DNA of 64,000 bases, taken from Alphaproteobacteria bacterium (GTDB lineage Bacteria > Pseudomonadota > Alphaproteobacteria > Rs-D84). The stretch spans positions 112,382 to 176,381 of the forward strand of contig JAFUTJ010000008.1 in assembly GCA_017471445.1 (NCBI GenBank), written 5' to 3'. Positions 29,150-38,451 of the stretch are shown here, piece by piece. A program made the position numbers and the translations under genes. The notes below the pieces were generated by a model. It worked only from the letters and a program-made list of their open reading frames with translations, was not told where the DNA came from and ran no database searches. Every line of letters starts with the position of its first letter. Within the stretch, counting starts at the first letter, position 1.

Positions 29150-29477
29150 ACGTAATACCCTTGCATTGTTATAAAAACATCATAATTATATAACGTATAC
29201 ACACAAAAACCAAGCATTTCATAAGACTTAGTTCACAAATATTGATTCGCACGCCCAAACAATCAATATATAGACACACAATCAAAATATTATGCCCACA
29301 TATTGTGTTTTTGATTAAAAACGAATCAGATTCGCGATAAAAATTCATACAAAAACACTTTCAGTGTACAAACCAGCGATTCACATACATGCGCAACACA
29401 GCAGAAAAGTCCCCTTTCTAAAAGTAAAGCAAAAAAAAAATTTTTTTTATCTTTTACACATTGCGAAAACTTTCTCA

Positions 29478-29526
29478 AAACTATATATTGTTGTCAAAGG
29501 AATCTAAAAACCACTATATGTTGTGT
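29478..29526 (+). promoter_or_regulatory. putative tandem NrdR boxes upstream of nrdD
   Basis: AAACTATATATTGTTG (29478-29493) and CCACTATATGTTGTGT (29511-29526) resemble the NrdR box consensus acaCwAtATaTwgtgt and lie about three helical turns apart. A further ACACAAT...ATTGTGT inverted repeat sits at 29276-29308. Confidence 0.45.
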
Positions 29527-29552
29527 TTTTATAAAAATATAGGGAACAAACA

Positions 29553-31613
29553 ATGTCTGATGTACAAAACGAAGTAAAGATTCAAATCCTGCCGACACTG
29601 ACCACAAAGTTGGTTGCCGTGCAAAAGCGGTCTGGCGAAACCGTGCCATTTGATGCGAAAAAGATTTTTGACGCAATTAAAAAGGCCGTTGCGGTTACAA
29701 CTGAAATGACCGACCAACAGATTGCAAATGCAACGCAGAGTGTGTTGGACAAACTGGACGAAAAATTCGCCGAAAAAACACCAACGGTTGAAGATATTCA
29801 AGAAACAGTTATTCAGACATTAATGGACACCCATGCCTATAAGACGGCCGAGGCATATATTGTTTACCGTCATAAACGCAACGAAATTCGTCACGCAATG
29901 GTTGATGCCGTTGATATTATCGAAGGCTATGTCGGTGGTTCCAATTGGCGAATCAAAGAAAATGCAAATATCGGTTATTCAATTGGTGGGTTAATTCTGC
30001 GCACGTCGGAACGCGTAACGGCGGAATATTGGTTGAACCTGTACCCACGCGAAGTAGCCGACGCGCACAAATCCGCCGCAATTCATATTCATGACCTGGG
30101 GTGGTTAACCGGGTACTGTGCGGGCTGGTCACTGCGCGAGTTATTATACGAGGGGTTCAACGGTGTGCCGGGTTACCTGCAATGCGAACCGGCGAAACAC
30201 ATGGCAACGGCAATTTCGCACATGGTAAATTTCTTGGGCACGTTGCAAAACGAATTTGCCGGTGCCCAGGCGTTTTCATCGGTTGATACGTATCTGGCAC
30301 CATATGTCAGAATCGACAAACTGTCGTATGCAGACGTTAAAAACGCGATGCAAACACTGGTATTTAACTGTGCGGTGCCGTGCCGTTGGGGAACACAAAC
30401 ACCGTTTATTAACTTTACATTTGATTGGACATGTCCAAAAGACCTGGCAAATCAGCGGCCATTTGTCGGCAAGAAACAGGTTGACTTTACCTATGGCGAT
30501 TTACAGGCGGAAATGGACACCATTAACAAAGCATTTATAGAAGTTATGACCGAAGGCGATGCCCAGGGTCGTCCGTTTACATTCCCAATTCCGACATATA
30601 ATATCACGCCTGATTTTCCGTGGGATCATCCGAATGTAAAGCCATTGTTTGACCTGGCGGCAAAATATGGTATTCCGAATTTCCAGAATTTCTTGAATTC
30701 TGACCTGAACCCGACCGATGTGCGTTCAATGTGTTGTCGGTTACGGCTGGACGTGCGTGAATTGTTAAAGCGCGGCGGCGGTCTGTTTGGCTCAGCGGAA
30801 AAGACCGGTTCAATTGGCGTTGTAACAATCAACCTGTCGCGGTTGGGATATACACACCGTGGCGACCGTGACGGCCTGTTCCGCGAATTACAGCGTTTAT
30901 TAAACTTGGGGCGCGATTCGCTGGAAATCAAGCGCAAGATTATTTCCAAGAACATGGAACGTGGACTGTATCCGTTTACCAAACGCTATCTGGGCAACTG
31001 GAATCACCACTTTTCAACTATCGGCGTAAATGGCGCGAACGAAATGGTTATGAACTTTACAAACGGCACCGAAAGCATTGCAACGCCGTTTGGGAAAAAA
31101 CTGGTTTTGGACGTTATGGACTTTATTCGCGAAAACCTGGCCAATTTCCAGGAAGAAACCGGCAATCTGTATAATTTAGAGGCAACACCGGCCGAAGGCT
31201 GCTCTTATCGATTTGCCAAGACCGATAAAAAGAATTTCCCGGACATCATCACGGCCGGCACACCTGATGCACCGTATTACACAAATTCAACCCAGTTACC
31301 GGTGAACTATACCGATGATCCATTTGTTGCACTGGAACACCAAGAAGAATTACAGCGTAAATATACCGGTGGCACAATGTTGCACCTATATATGGGTGAA
31401 CCGGTGTCATCTGGGGCGGCCGCGCAAAAAATTGTTCGCACGATATTCGAAAACTATCGCATACCGTACATGACATTAACCCCGACATTTTCAATATGTC
31501 CAAAACATGGGTATTTGGCGGGTGCGTACGATTTCTGTCCGAAATGCGACGCGGAAATTGTGGCCAACCAAGACACATGCAAATGCGATTGCGAACGGAT
31601 GGACGATAAATAA
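29553..31613 (+). CDS. nrdD: anaerobic ribonucleoside-triphosphate reductase NrdD, large polypeptide lacking the glycyl-radical loop
   Basis: N-terminal ATP-cone (VQKRSGETVPFDAKKI), a class III RNR core, and a C-terminal zinc-ribbon-like CPKHG...CPKCD. The ORF stops before the expected RxxGY glycyl-radical motif. Confidence 0.85.
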   Translation: MSDVQNEVKIQILPTLTTKLVAVQKRSGETVPFDAKKIFDAIKKAVAVTTEMTDQQIANATQSVLDKLDEKFAEKTPTVEDIQETVIQTLMDTHAYKTAEAYIVYRHKRNEIRHAMVDAVDIIEGYVGGSNWRIKENANIGYSIGGLILRTSERVTAEYWLNLYPREVADAHKSAAIHIHDLGWLTGYCAGWSLRELLYEGFNGVPGYLQCEPAKHMATAISHMVNFLGTLQNEFAGAQAFSSVDTYLAPYVRIDKLSYADVKNAMQTLVFNCAVPCRWGTQTPFINFTFDWTCPKDLANQRPFVGKKQVDFTYGDLQAEMDTINKAFIEVMTEGDAQGRPFTFPIPTYNITPDFPWDHPNVKPLFDLAAKYGIPNFQNFLNSDLNPTDVRSMCCRLRLDVRELLKRGGGLFGSAEKTGSIGVVTINLSRLGYTHRGDRDGLFRELQRLLNLGRDSLEIKRKIISKNMERGLYPFTKRYLGNWNHHFSTIGVNGANEMVMNFTNGTESIATPFGKKLVLDVMDFIRENLANFQEETGNLYNLEATPAEGCSYRFAKTDKKNFPDIITAGTPDAPYYTNSTQLPVNYTDDPFVALEHQEELQRKYTGGTMLHLYMGEPVSSGAAAQKIVRTIFENYRIPYMTLTPTFSICPKHGYLAGAYDFCPKCDAEIVANQDTCKCDCERMDDK

Positions 31614-31657
31614 CAATACAAATCAACAAAAACTAACAAAAAAAAGGAGAAAGAAAA

Positions 31658-31837
31658 ATGACAAACACAAACAGAACACCATGCGAAAAATTTTCACGTT
31701 CAATGGGATTCATTCGCCCGGTCAGCAATTTTAACGTTGGCAAATATTCTGAATTCTGTGAACGCAAGACATTTACAGAAACAAACAGTTTGACCACCGG
31801 CGCACGCCACTGTGAATTGATGAAGAAAGCGGCGTAA
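31658..31837 (+). CDS. 59-aa ORF encoding the NrdD glycyl-radical loop
   Basis: RBS AGGAGA 8 nt upstream of the ATG at 31658. Translation is MTNTNRTPCEKFSRSMGFIRPVSNFNVGKYSEFCERKTF.... It matches the NrdD C-terminal pattern R-x-x-G-[YF]-[LI]...N-x-GK-x-x-E...R. It is below the 60-aa cut-off of the ORF track and in a different frame from nrdD. Confidence 0.6.
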   Translation: MTNTNRTPCEKFSRSMGFIRPVSNFNVGKYSEFCERKTFTETNSLTTGARHCELMKKAA

Positions 31838-31843
31838 TCCGTC

Positions 31844-32548
31844 ATGCGCGAAATACAAATCGGGGGATTGGTTTCATTCACCACCATTGACTATCCCGGG
31901 AAATTGGCCGCTGTGCTGTTCTTGGTTGGGTGTCCGTTGCGGTGTGCGTATTGTTCCAACCCCCATTTAATTACCCCCGCCCCCGGCGAATATGACCCAG
32001 AATTGGTCTTTGATTGGCTAAAATCACGCATTGGCCGGCTAGAGGCGGTTGTATTTTCCGGGGGCGAGGCATTAATGCACGGTGATGCATTAATTGAATA
32101 CATGCGGCGCGTACGTGAACTGGGGTTTAATATTGGCCTGCACACAAACGGTTTTTATCCAAACGTTTTACGACGCGCGGAATCTGTTATTGACTGGGTA
32201 GGTTTGGATTACAAGGCAACACGTGCGCGTTATCATGAATTGGTTGGTAACGACGTTGCGTATGATTTAATGTCTGGGTCACTGGATTTCCTGGTTGAAT
32301 CTGGCATGGATTTTGAGGTTCGTATTACATGCGACCCACGGTATATAACAAAATCGGATTTAATGGAAATAATTACCGATTTACATAACCGCGGTGTAAA
32401 AACCGTCGCAATTCAGAAATATATCCCCCATCACGAAGACGGCCAAACACCAACAACCGCGGCCGACCGGGACCAATTTTTTAATGATGATGAATTACGT
32501 AATAAAATAACCCGATTAATACCATCTGTTATTTGGCGTAATTCGTAA
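31844..32548 (+). CDS. nrdG: anaerobic ribonucleotide reductase activating protein (radical SAM)
   Basis: GCPLRCAYCSNP radical-SAM cluster motif, located directly downstream of nrdD. Confidence 0.85.
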   Translation: MREIQIGGLVSFTTIDYPGKLAAVLFLVGCPLRCAYCSNPHLITPAPGEYDPELVFDWLKSRIGRLEAVVFSGGEALMHGDALIEYMRRVRELGFNIGLHTNGFYPNVLRRAESVIDWVGLDYKATRARYHELVGNDVAYDLMSGSLDFLVESGMDFEVRITCDPRYITKSDLMEIITDLHNRGVKTVAIQKYIPHHEDGQTPTTAADRDQFFNDDELRNKITRLIPSVIWRNS

Positions 32549-32570
32549 TTTATGGTATAATTTTGCCGAA

Positions 32571-33881
32571 ATGTCGGCATGTAAAATAATTTTACAAACA
32601 AATTCACACGCGCACGTGGTCAAATCGATTCCGGGCGATTGCGTGTGTGTTGTATCGTTGGGCGGCGGTGGCATTACAGATTTAAGTTTCGGAATGCGCA
32701 TGTCCCAGATTGTCAATCGCGAATTATTGAATTCAATGCCCGATATACCAAATTATGTCGTGGTTTATGACCAAGGTATGTCTAGCCCAACCCGAATTCA
32801 GATGCAATATGAAACACATCGGCAAAATATTGTTACAAATCCGCCAACAGACCAACCGGTAAATTTATACATAAACGAACAAAACATTAATTGGGTATTT
32901 CGGCATCGGGTTGCGCCATTGATTACGGCGGGCCATCAAAAATTAAATTTTATTTTTGACGGCGATAAAACACGTATGAAATCGGAAATAACAAAACGAA
33001 TTTCATCTATCACGGCCAAACCACAACAGTATATAAAAAACATTTTTCCATTCGATTTGTATTTTTCAGAACCGTATATGGATGATTTGTTTAACGCGAT
33101 TCTGTTACCGCGAATAACAGATGAAAATGGCAATCGCATACCAACCGATGTTGCCGCACGACGCATTCGTAAAATTAATTTTCGGGCACATTGCTTTGGT
33201 GCATATGTCGCACTGGGGATGGAAAAACGTATGCAAAACAAAATGCGCGAATTGGGGTATTGTGAATCTGAAATGAAACACATACAATCCCAGATGTTGG
33301 TTGTGGCATTAAATCCGGCATGTCCATTTGGTGTGTCAAAATCACAATTTTTCGGGTTCATGTCTGCGTATGATAAACAATTACAACGCCCGGCAAATTG
33401 GGTTACTGAATATATTACAAATCGCCGCAATTCAGAATTAAACGATAATAAAAAATGGGACATGAAACGCGGTTTCTTGTCGGGAAAATATGGCAATATA
33501 TTTTTTGTAAAGAAACGTTTTGCATTGGTCGGCCATGGGACTAACCCGCCAATTGGCAATGACGAACACAATAATTCGCATTATTTATACGACGGTATGA
33601 CCGATGATGGCAGGTTTATAATGCAATTATCACGTAACATAATAATAAACGGCATAAAAAATTCGTTAACCATGGATTGTGACGGCGACGCCGCGCCACT
33701 GGGGCCGATTGAAGAACTGATTTTAGATGGTGAAAATGATACAAAAATTAAACGTGAATTTACCAAAATGCAGAAAAATGGCAACAGATTTATGACCGAC
33801 GTTTATAATTTTGCAACCCAACAAATTCGCGAAAATAAAATCGCACAACCGGCAAAACAAAATTCGCCAAATATACGATAA
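32571..33881 (+). CDS. hypothetical protein (possible Cys-nucleophile alpha/beta-hydrolase-like)
   Basis: No clear family. VVSLGGGG and RAHCFGAYVA loosely resemble the oxyanion-hole and nucleophile-elbow motifs of dienelactone-hydrolase-like enzymes. This is weak. Confidence 0.35.
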   Translation: MSACKIILQTNSHAHVVKSIPGDCVCVVSLGGGGITDLSFGMRMSQIVNRELLNSMPDIPNYVVVYDQGMSSPTRIQMQYETHRQNIVTNPPTDQPVNLYINEQNINWVFRHRVAPLITAGHQKLNFIFDGDKTRMKSEITKRISSITAKPQQYIKNIFPFDLYFSEPYMDDLFNAILLPRITDENGNRIPTDVAARRIRKINFRAHCFGAYVALGMEKRMQNKMRELGYCESEMKHIQSQMLVVALNPACPFGVSKSQFFGFMSAYDKQLQRPANWVTEYITNRRNSELNDNKKWDMKRGFLSGKYGNIFFVKKRFALVGHGTNPPIGNDEHNNSHYLYDGMTDDGRFIMQLSRNIIINGIKNSLTMDCDGDAAPLGPIEELILDGENDTKIKREFTKMQKNGNRFMTDVYNFATQQIRENKIAQPAKQNSPNIR

Positions 33882-33937
33882 TACAACACGGCGCAATTAA
33901 CAATCATACAAATAATATTGTCTTATAAATCAATAAA

Positions 33938-33966
33938 CGGTGGCGATGGTGCCACCGGTATTATTT
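33938..33966. terminator. terminator between convergent genes
   Basis: CGGTGGC-GATGGT-GCCACCG followed by GTATTATTTT. Confidence 0.55.
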
Positions 33967-33969
33967 TCG

Positions 33970-35664
33970 TTACTGCATATCTGGTATCGTCAACATATCA
34001 TTATATTGCGACAAGTAACGTTTACCTGTCATACAATAAACCTTTTGCCGGGAATCTTGGTATTCACGAAGCGCGGTAACCCATCGTTCTTCAATATCAT
34101 TCACAGCACCCTGGTACCCAATAAACGCGCCAATCGTACCACCAGCACCGGCACCAATTGCCGTTGATTTCATACGGGCACGATTACTGAAATCAATTAA
34201 CGCGCCATCTTCGGCATCAACAGTCATCGGATAAAAATCGTCCAAAGTATATTCTGTTTCCTGGGAATCTGTTGATGTCTGATCTTTTTTTGTGTTTTTT
34301 AACGAAATTGCCATACCTTTTGCATCACGACCAACAATGTCGGACGGTTTAAATTTAGCCTTTAATTCACTGTCCCATTGCGATGCCTTGACCCCAAAGA
34401 AACTATCGGAAACGCCGGTTATCATCGCTGCGATATGTTCTGTTGGGATTTGGGCGGACGAAATCTCAACATATTCGCCGGTTGATACCGACGACATTTC
34501 TTTTTCATTCAATTCATAACGATATTCAGTGCTAATACTGGCGATAAAATCTTTGTTACCTGATTTCAATTTAGAAAATTCTTTATCTTGGTTTGCATTA
34601 ATTACAACGTGTATCAAAGATATCGGTGCGCATTCTGTAAATTTATTGTTTGTTGTATTATATTTACATTCAACAATTGATTCATCAGATATATTTATAA
34701 AAGCCTTTTTGTTTTCTGACGGGTTGTATTGTGCCCCCTTTATCAACGCACCCCATAAACATTTAGTTTGTGCACCTTTTAGATCCTGGCAATTTTCAAT
34801 TCGCAAAACACTGTCGCCAATGCCGGACATGTTACCAATAACACCACCGGCAACGGCATTAACCCCCGCAGATAAAATCGTGTCACCGGCAACTTTGCCA
34901 CTGTATATGCTGGTTGCCATTAATGCCGCACCACCCAATCCACCAATTAAAGTACTTTGCATTTTACCTTTACTGGTTCCAAACAGGCCGTCTTTCCCGG
35001 GGTCATTTTTGCCGACAACGTTTCCGCCAACGGCGGCAACCACCGACGCGGCCGCAATTTTCAGCCCCGCGTTTTGTTTCTGTTCGGCGTTCATAACGCG
35101 TTCAACATCATCCTTGGTCGGTGCACTGTCTGCCGGAAATATTATTTCAGATGCCATTGGTAAATACGAACCATCGGGAAATTCCGATATATTGCATTTT
35201 ATTGTGTCACCTGCGGCAATTTTTACACGTGCAACATTTGCATCCGTTCCGCCGGGCCCCATTTGATAACCGTACATATTCACCACGGCAACACATGTTG
35301 CCGCACCACCGGCACCACGCCCCGCGGTTGGAACCGCCCATTCAAATTCACCGTCGGGATAAATACGCGAACATTTTTCCAAATTTTCACGCGCCGCGTC
35401 GTTTTCACCGTTAATAATTTGTTCGGCCAATTGCGCATTTGCAACCGTAACCGGCAATTCAGCCGCCGCCGATACATTATTGGCATTTTGTGCATTTGCA
35501 TACGCCCGTTGTTGCGCAACCGCATTATAAGATTCGGCATAACTGCGCGATAGATTTCCCACACGCACCGCCGCATCACACGACCAAGGGTACAATGAAC
35601 AGGAAACAAGGCACAGGGTTGCCAACGAACAGCGACCTGAAAACAACAAACAGTTTTTTTGCAT
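33970..35664 (-). CDS. exported protein with glycine-zipper segments
   Basis: Start moved to MQKNCLLF (ATG at 35664, RBS GAGGAGAG). Signal-like N-terminus. Gly-zipper stretches LIGGLGGAALMATSIYSG, GVNAVAGGVIGNMSGIG and AIGAGAGGTIGAFIGYQG. Confidence 0.5.
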   Translation of the reverse strand: MQKNCLLFSGRCSLATLCLVSCSLYPWSCDAAVRVGNLSRSYAESYNAVAQQRAYANAQNANNVSAAAELPVTVANAQLAEQIINGENDAARENLEKCSRIYPDGEFEWAVPTAGRGAGGAATCVAVVNMYGYQMGPGGTDANVARVKIAAGDTIKCNISEFPDGSYLPMASEIIFPADSAPTKDDVERVMNAEQKQNAGLKIAAASVVAAVGGNVVGKNDPGKDGLFGTSKGKMQSTLIGGLGGAALMATSIYSGKVAGDTILSAGVNAVAGGVIGNMSGIGDSVLRIENCQDLKGAQTKCLWGALIKGAQYNPSENKKAFINISDESIVECKYNTTNNKFTECAPISLIHVVINANQDKEFSKLKSGNKDFIASISTEYRYELNEKEMSSVSTGEYVEISSAQIPTEHIAAMITGVSDSFFGVKASQWDSELKAKFKPSDIVGRDAKGMAISLKNTKKDQTSTDSQETEYTLDDFYPMTVDAEDGALIDFSNRARMKSTAIGAGAGGTIGAFIGYQGAVNDIEERWVTALREYQDSRQKVYCMTGKRYLSQYNDMLTIPDMQ

Positions 35665-35716
35665 CTCTCCTCTTTTCCCCCATCTGTGCTGGACATATAC
35701 GCCAATGTCACGTGGT

Positions 35717-36865
35717 TTAGAATTGCAACCGCAGACGCACACCAACATCAACACTGCTTAAACGGCCGCTTTCGTACCAATTGGTATAGTGAAACACACT
35801 ATCATACGGTGCCTCGTATTCGCCATCGCTGTAACCCGACCCATCTGACAGCCATTCTGTCTGGGAAACAACAATACTGCCCGATGTCTTTACCTTGCCC
35901 ATGTTGGCATACCGCACAAAGAAATCAGCACGCAGGCCACTGCCCAAATCGGTTGATACGCCACCTTCGACCATAAAGGCCAAATTCTTTTCCGTGCCGC
36001 CATTGTGATACGCGTATACGTCCGATATACCGGTTAATTTTCCGGCCTCGGTTTCTTGGGGTAATGCAACAGAATAGAAATTTTTATCAAGGACAACATA
36101 GTCAGCAATTGTATTCAACGCCAGCCCGGCACCAACACCCACATACGGCCGCAGTGACCCGCCCGCAATATACCCAGTATACGAATCAATATTGTAATAC
36201 AAATTCAACATAACCGTATTTGACGTAATTGCGCCGCCATCAACACTGGCCTTAACAGTTGCCGCCCCCGTATCATCGGCGGTTAAAACATCGCTGGCAT
36301 AACTTAGCCCGGAATAACGCAAATACGAAAAGTCAATACGAATATCGTTATTAATTGCCGCACCAACAGAAACCTGTAACGGGATTACCGTGTCTGAATT
36401 ATATCCCGATGGCGCAAACGAACCCGGAACGTACGTTCCACCTTCTTCGCCGCCGTAACCTTGGGACATGTCACCCATAATACTGGCCGCGTATGCCGCC
36501 GACAATCCGATATACAGCCCACTATCCGCCAGGCGTTCATAATCCGCCGGTTGATAATATTGCCGTCCGGCGGTTGTCGCCGCCGACCCAACACGCGGCA
36601 ATGCGCCGGTTATACGTCCCGGCTGGGCCGCAACCGTTGAATTTGCCACAACAACACCATTTGACGGTGTCGGCAGGTATACAACCTGGGAATTAGGATT
36701 AGCGGCCGCGACATTTACAGAATTTCCAGGCACAACAACAACCGGATTGACCGCGTTTGCCACATTAGCATTATACGCCGGATTCACCGGATAAACCGCA
36801 CCCGCGCCACCATGGACGCCCAACAAAACGCCAATAAAAACGGCGGAAATTCGGGTATTATTCAT
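35717..36865 (-). CDS. outer-membrane beta-barrel protein with N/V/P-rich N-terminal extension
   Basis: Signal peptide, low-complexity VNPAYNANVANAVNPVVVVPGNSVNV..., then a beta-barrel pattern ending VGVRLRLQF. Confidence 0.6.
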   Translation of the reverse strand: MNNTRISAVFIGVLLGVHGGAGAVYPVNPAYNANVANAVNPVVVVPGNSVNVAAANPNSQVVYLPTPSNGVVVANSTVAAQPGRITGALPRVGSAATTAGRQYYQPADYERLADSGLYIGLSAAYAASIMGDMSQGYGGEEGGTYVPGSFAPSGYNSDTVIPLQVSVGAAINNDIRIDFSYLRYSGLSYASDVLTADDTGAATVKASVDGGAITSNTVMLNLYYNIDSYTGYIAGGSLRPYVGVGAGLALNTIADYVVLDKNFYSVALPQETEAGKLTGISDVYAYHNGGTEKNLAFMVEGGVSTDLGSGLRADFFVRYANMGKVKTSGSIVVSQTEWLSDGSGYSDGEYEAPYDSVFHYTNWYESGRLSSVDVGVRLRLQF

Positions 36866-37031
36866 TCCTTGCCTGTTATTCCTTTGCGCATATTATATCA
36901 CAAAAGCAACCATCATAAAAGTATTTAATGCGACATTCTATCCCGACCATAAATAAATTCACCGGTATCCAGTGACGGTACAACACATCACCATGCCACA
37001 GTTTGCAATATGCCTTGGTTTATTTTAATAA

Positions 37032-37727
37032 CTAAAAAAACAACCACACCACAATTGGTGCCAATACCGCGGTTAACAACCCAGATATTACGATGGCCAG
37101 GCTGCTCATTGCCCCCTCTATTGGGCCCATTTGCATGGCCTTGGTTGTACCAGCGGCGTGCGATGCATTGCCGATTGCAATACCACGCGATATCGGATTA
37201 CGTAAACCAATTGCACGACATAAAATATCACTGACCGATGCACCCAATATACCGGTAACAATCACCGCCGACACAGTTAACGCAACCACCCCACCCAGTT
37301 TTGATGTAATACCAACCGCCAATGCCGTTGTAACAGAAATCGCGACCAGTGATTTCGCAATCACATCACCCAATCCAAACAATATACACACAATACACAC
37401 CGAAAACACCGACGCAACAACACCAATCAACATTGAAAACAAAATTGTAAACATATGTTTGCGCAACAACGGTAATTGCCGATACATTGGTACCGCAAAG
37501 CAAACTGTTACCGGGGTCAACATATATGTCAGATACTTTGCCCCCATATTGTATTTTTCGTATGGTACACCGGTCAATATCAGCACACAAATAACACCGA
37601 TTGTGCCCAAAAACAATGGGGTTGTAAACGGATTGGTCCAACGCCGATTTATAACAACCGCCAACAAAAACATGCCTATTGTTAACGTCGCGCCAAAATA
37701 TGTTGCATTCGACAAAAATTCAATCAT
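37032..37727 (-). CDS. lrgB: LrgB/CidB family protein
   Basis: Polytopic, 231 aa, TPVTVCFAVPMYRQ, and paired with lrgA by a 4-nt overlap. Confidence 0.8.
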   Translation of the reverse strand: MIEFLSNATYFGATLTIGMFLLAVVINRRWTNPFTTPLFLGTIGVICVLILTGVPYEKYNMGAKYLTYMLTPVTVCFAVPMYRQLPLLRKHMFTILFSMLIGVVASVFSVCIVCILFGLGDVIAKSLVAISVTTALAVGITSKLGGVVALTVSAVIVTGILGASVSDILCRAIGLRNPISRGIAIGNASHAAGTTKAMQMGPIEGAMSSLAIVISGLLTAVLAPIVVWLFF

Positions 37728-38089
37728 TTTTTACGCCCCCCAATGTTACGGTGTTCCAAGAAATAATCTGCGGTAACACCGGTCATCACCATTGTTACAA
37801 CATATGCAATTATCATCAATAATACCAGCATCCACCAAATGTTGGAAATATCACCCCACACATCAATCACAGCAGCCGCAGGCACAATAAAAAACAACGA
37901 CATTATACCATGCATCCAATCAGCAACATCGGCGACCCATTCTAAGCGAATAACGCGTGTCCACAACGCAACGAACATCAGCATCAGACCCCAAATACTG
38001 CCTGCGATGGGTAATGGTATTATGTATTCACACAATTCACCCAAAAAAACAAACAATAAAATGATTGCAAATTGAAACAGGTACTTCAT
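37724..38089 (-). CDS. lrgA: LrgA/CidA holin-like protein
   Basis: Four TM helices, ~120 aa, MKYLFQFAIILLFVFLGE start (38089). Confidence 0.75.
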   Translation of the reverse strand: MKYLFQFAIILLFVFLGELCEYIIPLPIAGSIWGLMLMFVALWTRVIRLEWVADVADWMHGIMSLFFIVPAAAVIDVWGDISNIWWMLVLLMIIAYVVTMVMTGVTADYFLEHRNIGGRKK

Positions 38090-38161
38090 AGCCCACCCCC
38101 CATACGCCATAATAATATAATCAAAAAAAATAAAATACAGTACTTTTTACATGAATACATG

Positions 38162-38418
38162 TTGAAATTTTTCATATTAAATTGTATGTTCTGAATGCGT
38201 CACAAAATATTTTTTCGCGACGCAAGACACAGTTAGTACAGAAAGGGCTTAATCACCCTGTTGTTACTGATGCAGATGCATTACTGACCTGGCTTTATCC
38301 CGACAATCATGTCGGGAAGGCGTTGTTATACAATACCCACAACGGGAAAAGCAACGCGGTCTTTGTAATAACGGACTGATTAACTTCCCGACACCTGACT
38401 AACATTTAGGTGTCTTTT
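38162..38418 (+). promoter_or_regulatory. promoter plus ~220-nt structured leader with terminator/antiterminator alternatives (candidate riboswitch or attenuator)
   Basis: TTGAAA (38162-38167), 17 nt spacer, TATGTT (38185-38190). Terminator GACACCT...AGGTGTC plus TTTT at 38390-38418. TGTCGGGAAG (38310-38319) is exactly complementary to CTTCCCGACA (38385-38394), which overlaps the terminator 5' arm. It can alternatively pair with CCCGACA (38299-38305). Confidence 0.5.
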
Positions 38419-38451
38419 CATTAACAAAAAAATGAAAGGGGAATTAATATA

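Noticed and set aside
29431-29453. A10/T9 palindromic homopolymer tract (GCAAAAAAAAAATTTTTTTTATC) upstream of nrdD as a phase-variation switch
   Set aside because: It lies about 100 nt upstream of the start, outside the -35/-10 spacing and outside any coding sequence. It is more likely an intrinsic bend or UP-like element, and there is no evidence of length variation.
37093-37776. 227-aa plus-strand ORF opposite lrgB, and similar long antisense ORFs at 34529-35266, 13479-14009, 23241-23678, 11234-11734, 44518-45021 and 57365-57865
   Set aside because: Each lies fully inside a confidently identified gene on the other strand (lrgB, the glycine-zipper protein, dnaK, holA, rlmD-like, dnaB, rho). 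None has recognisable motifs.
38182-38379. 65-aa TTG-initiated ORF in the PAP2 leader
   Set aside because: It has no RBS and a non-ATG start, and it spans the hairpins of the leader. It is more parsimonious as non-coding regulatory RNA.
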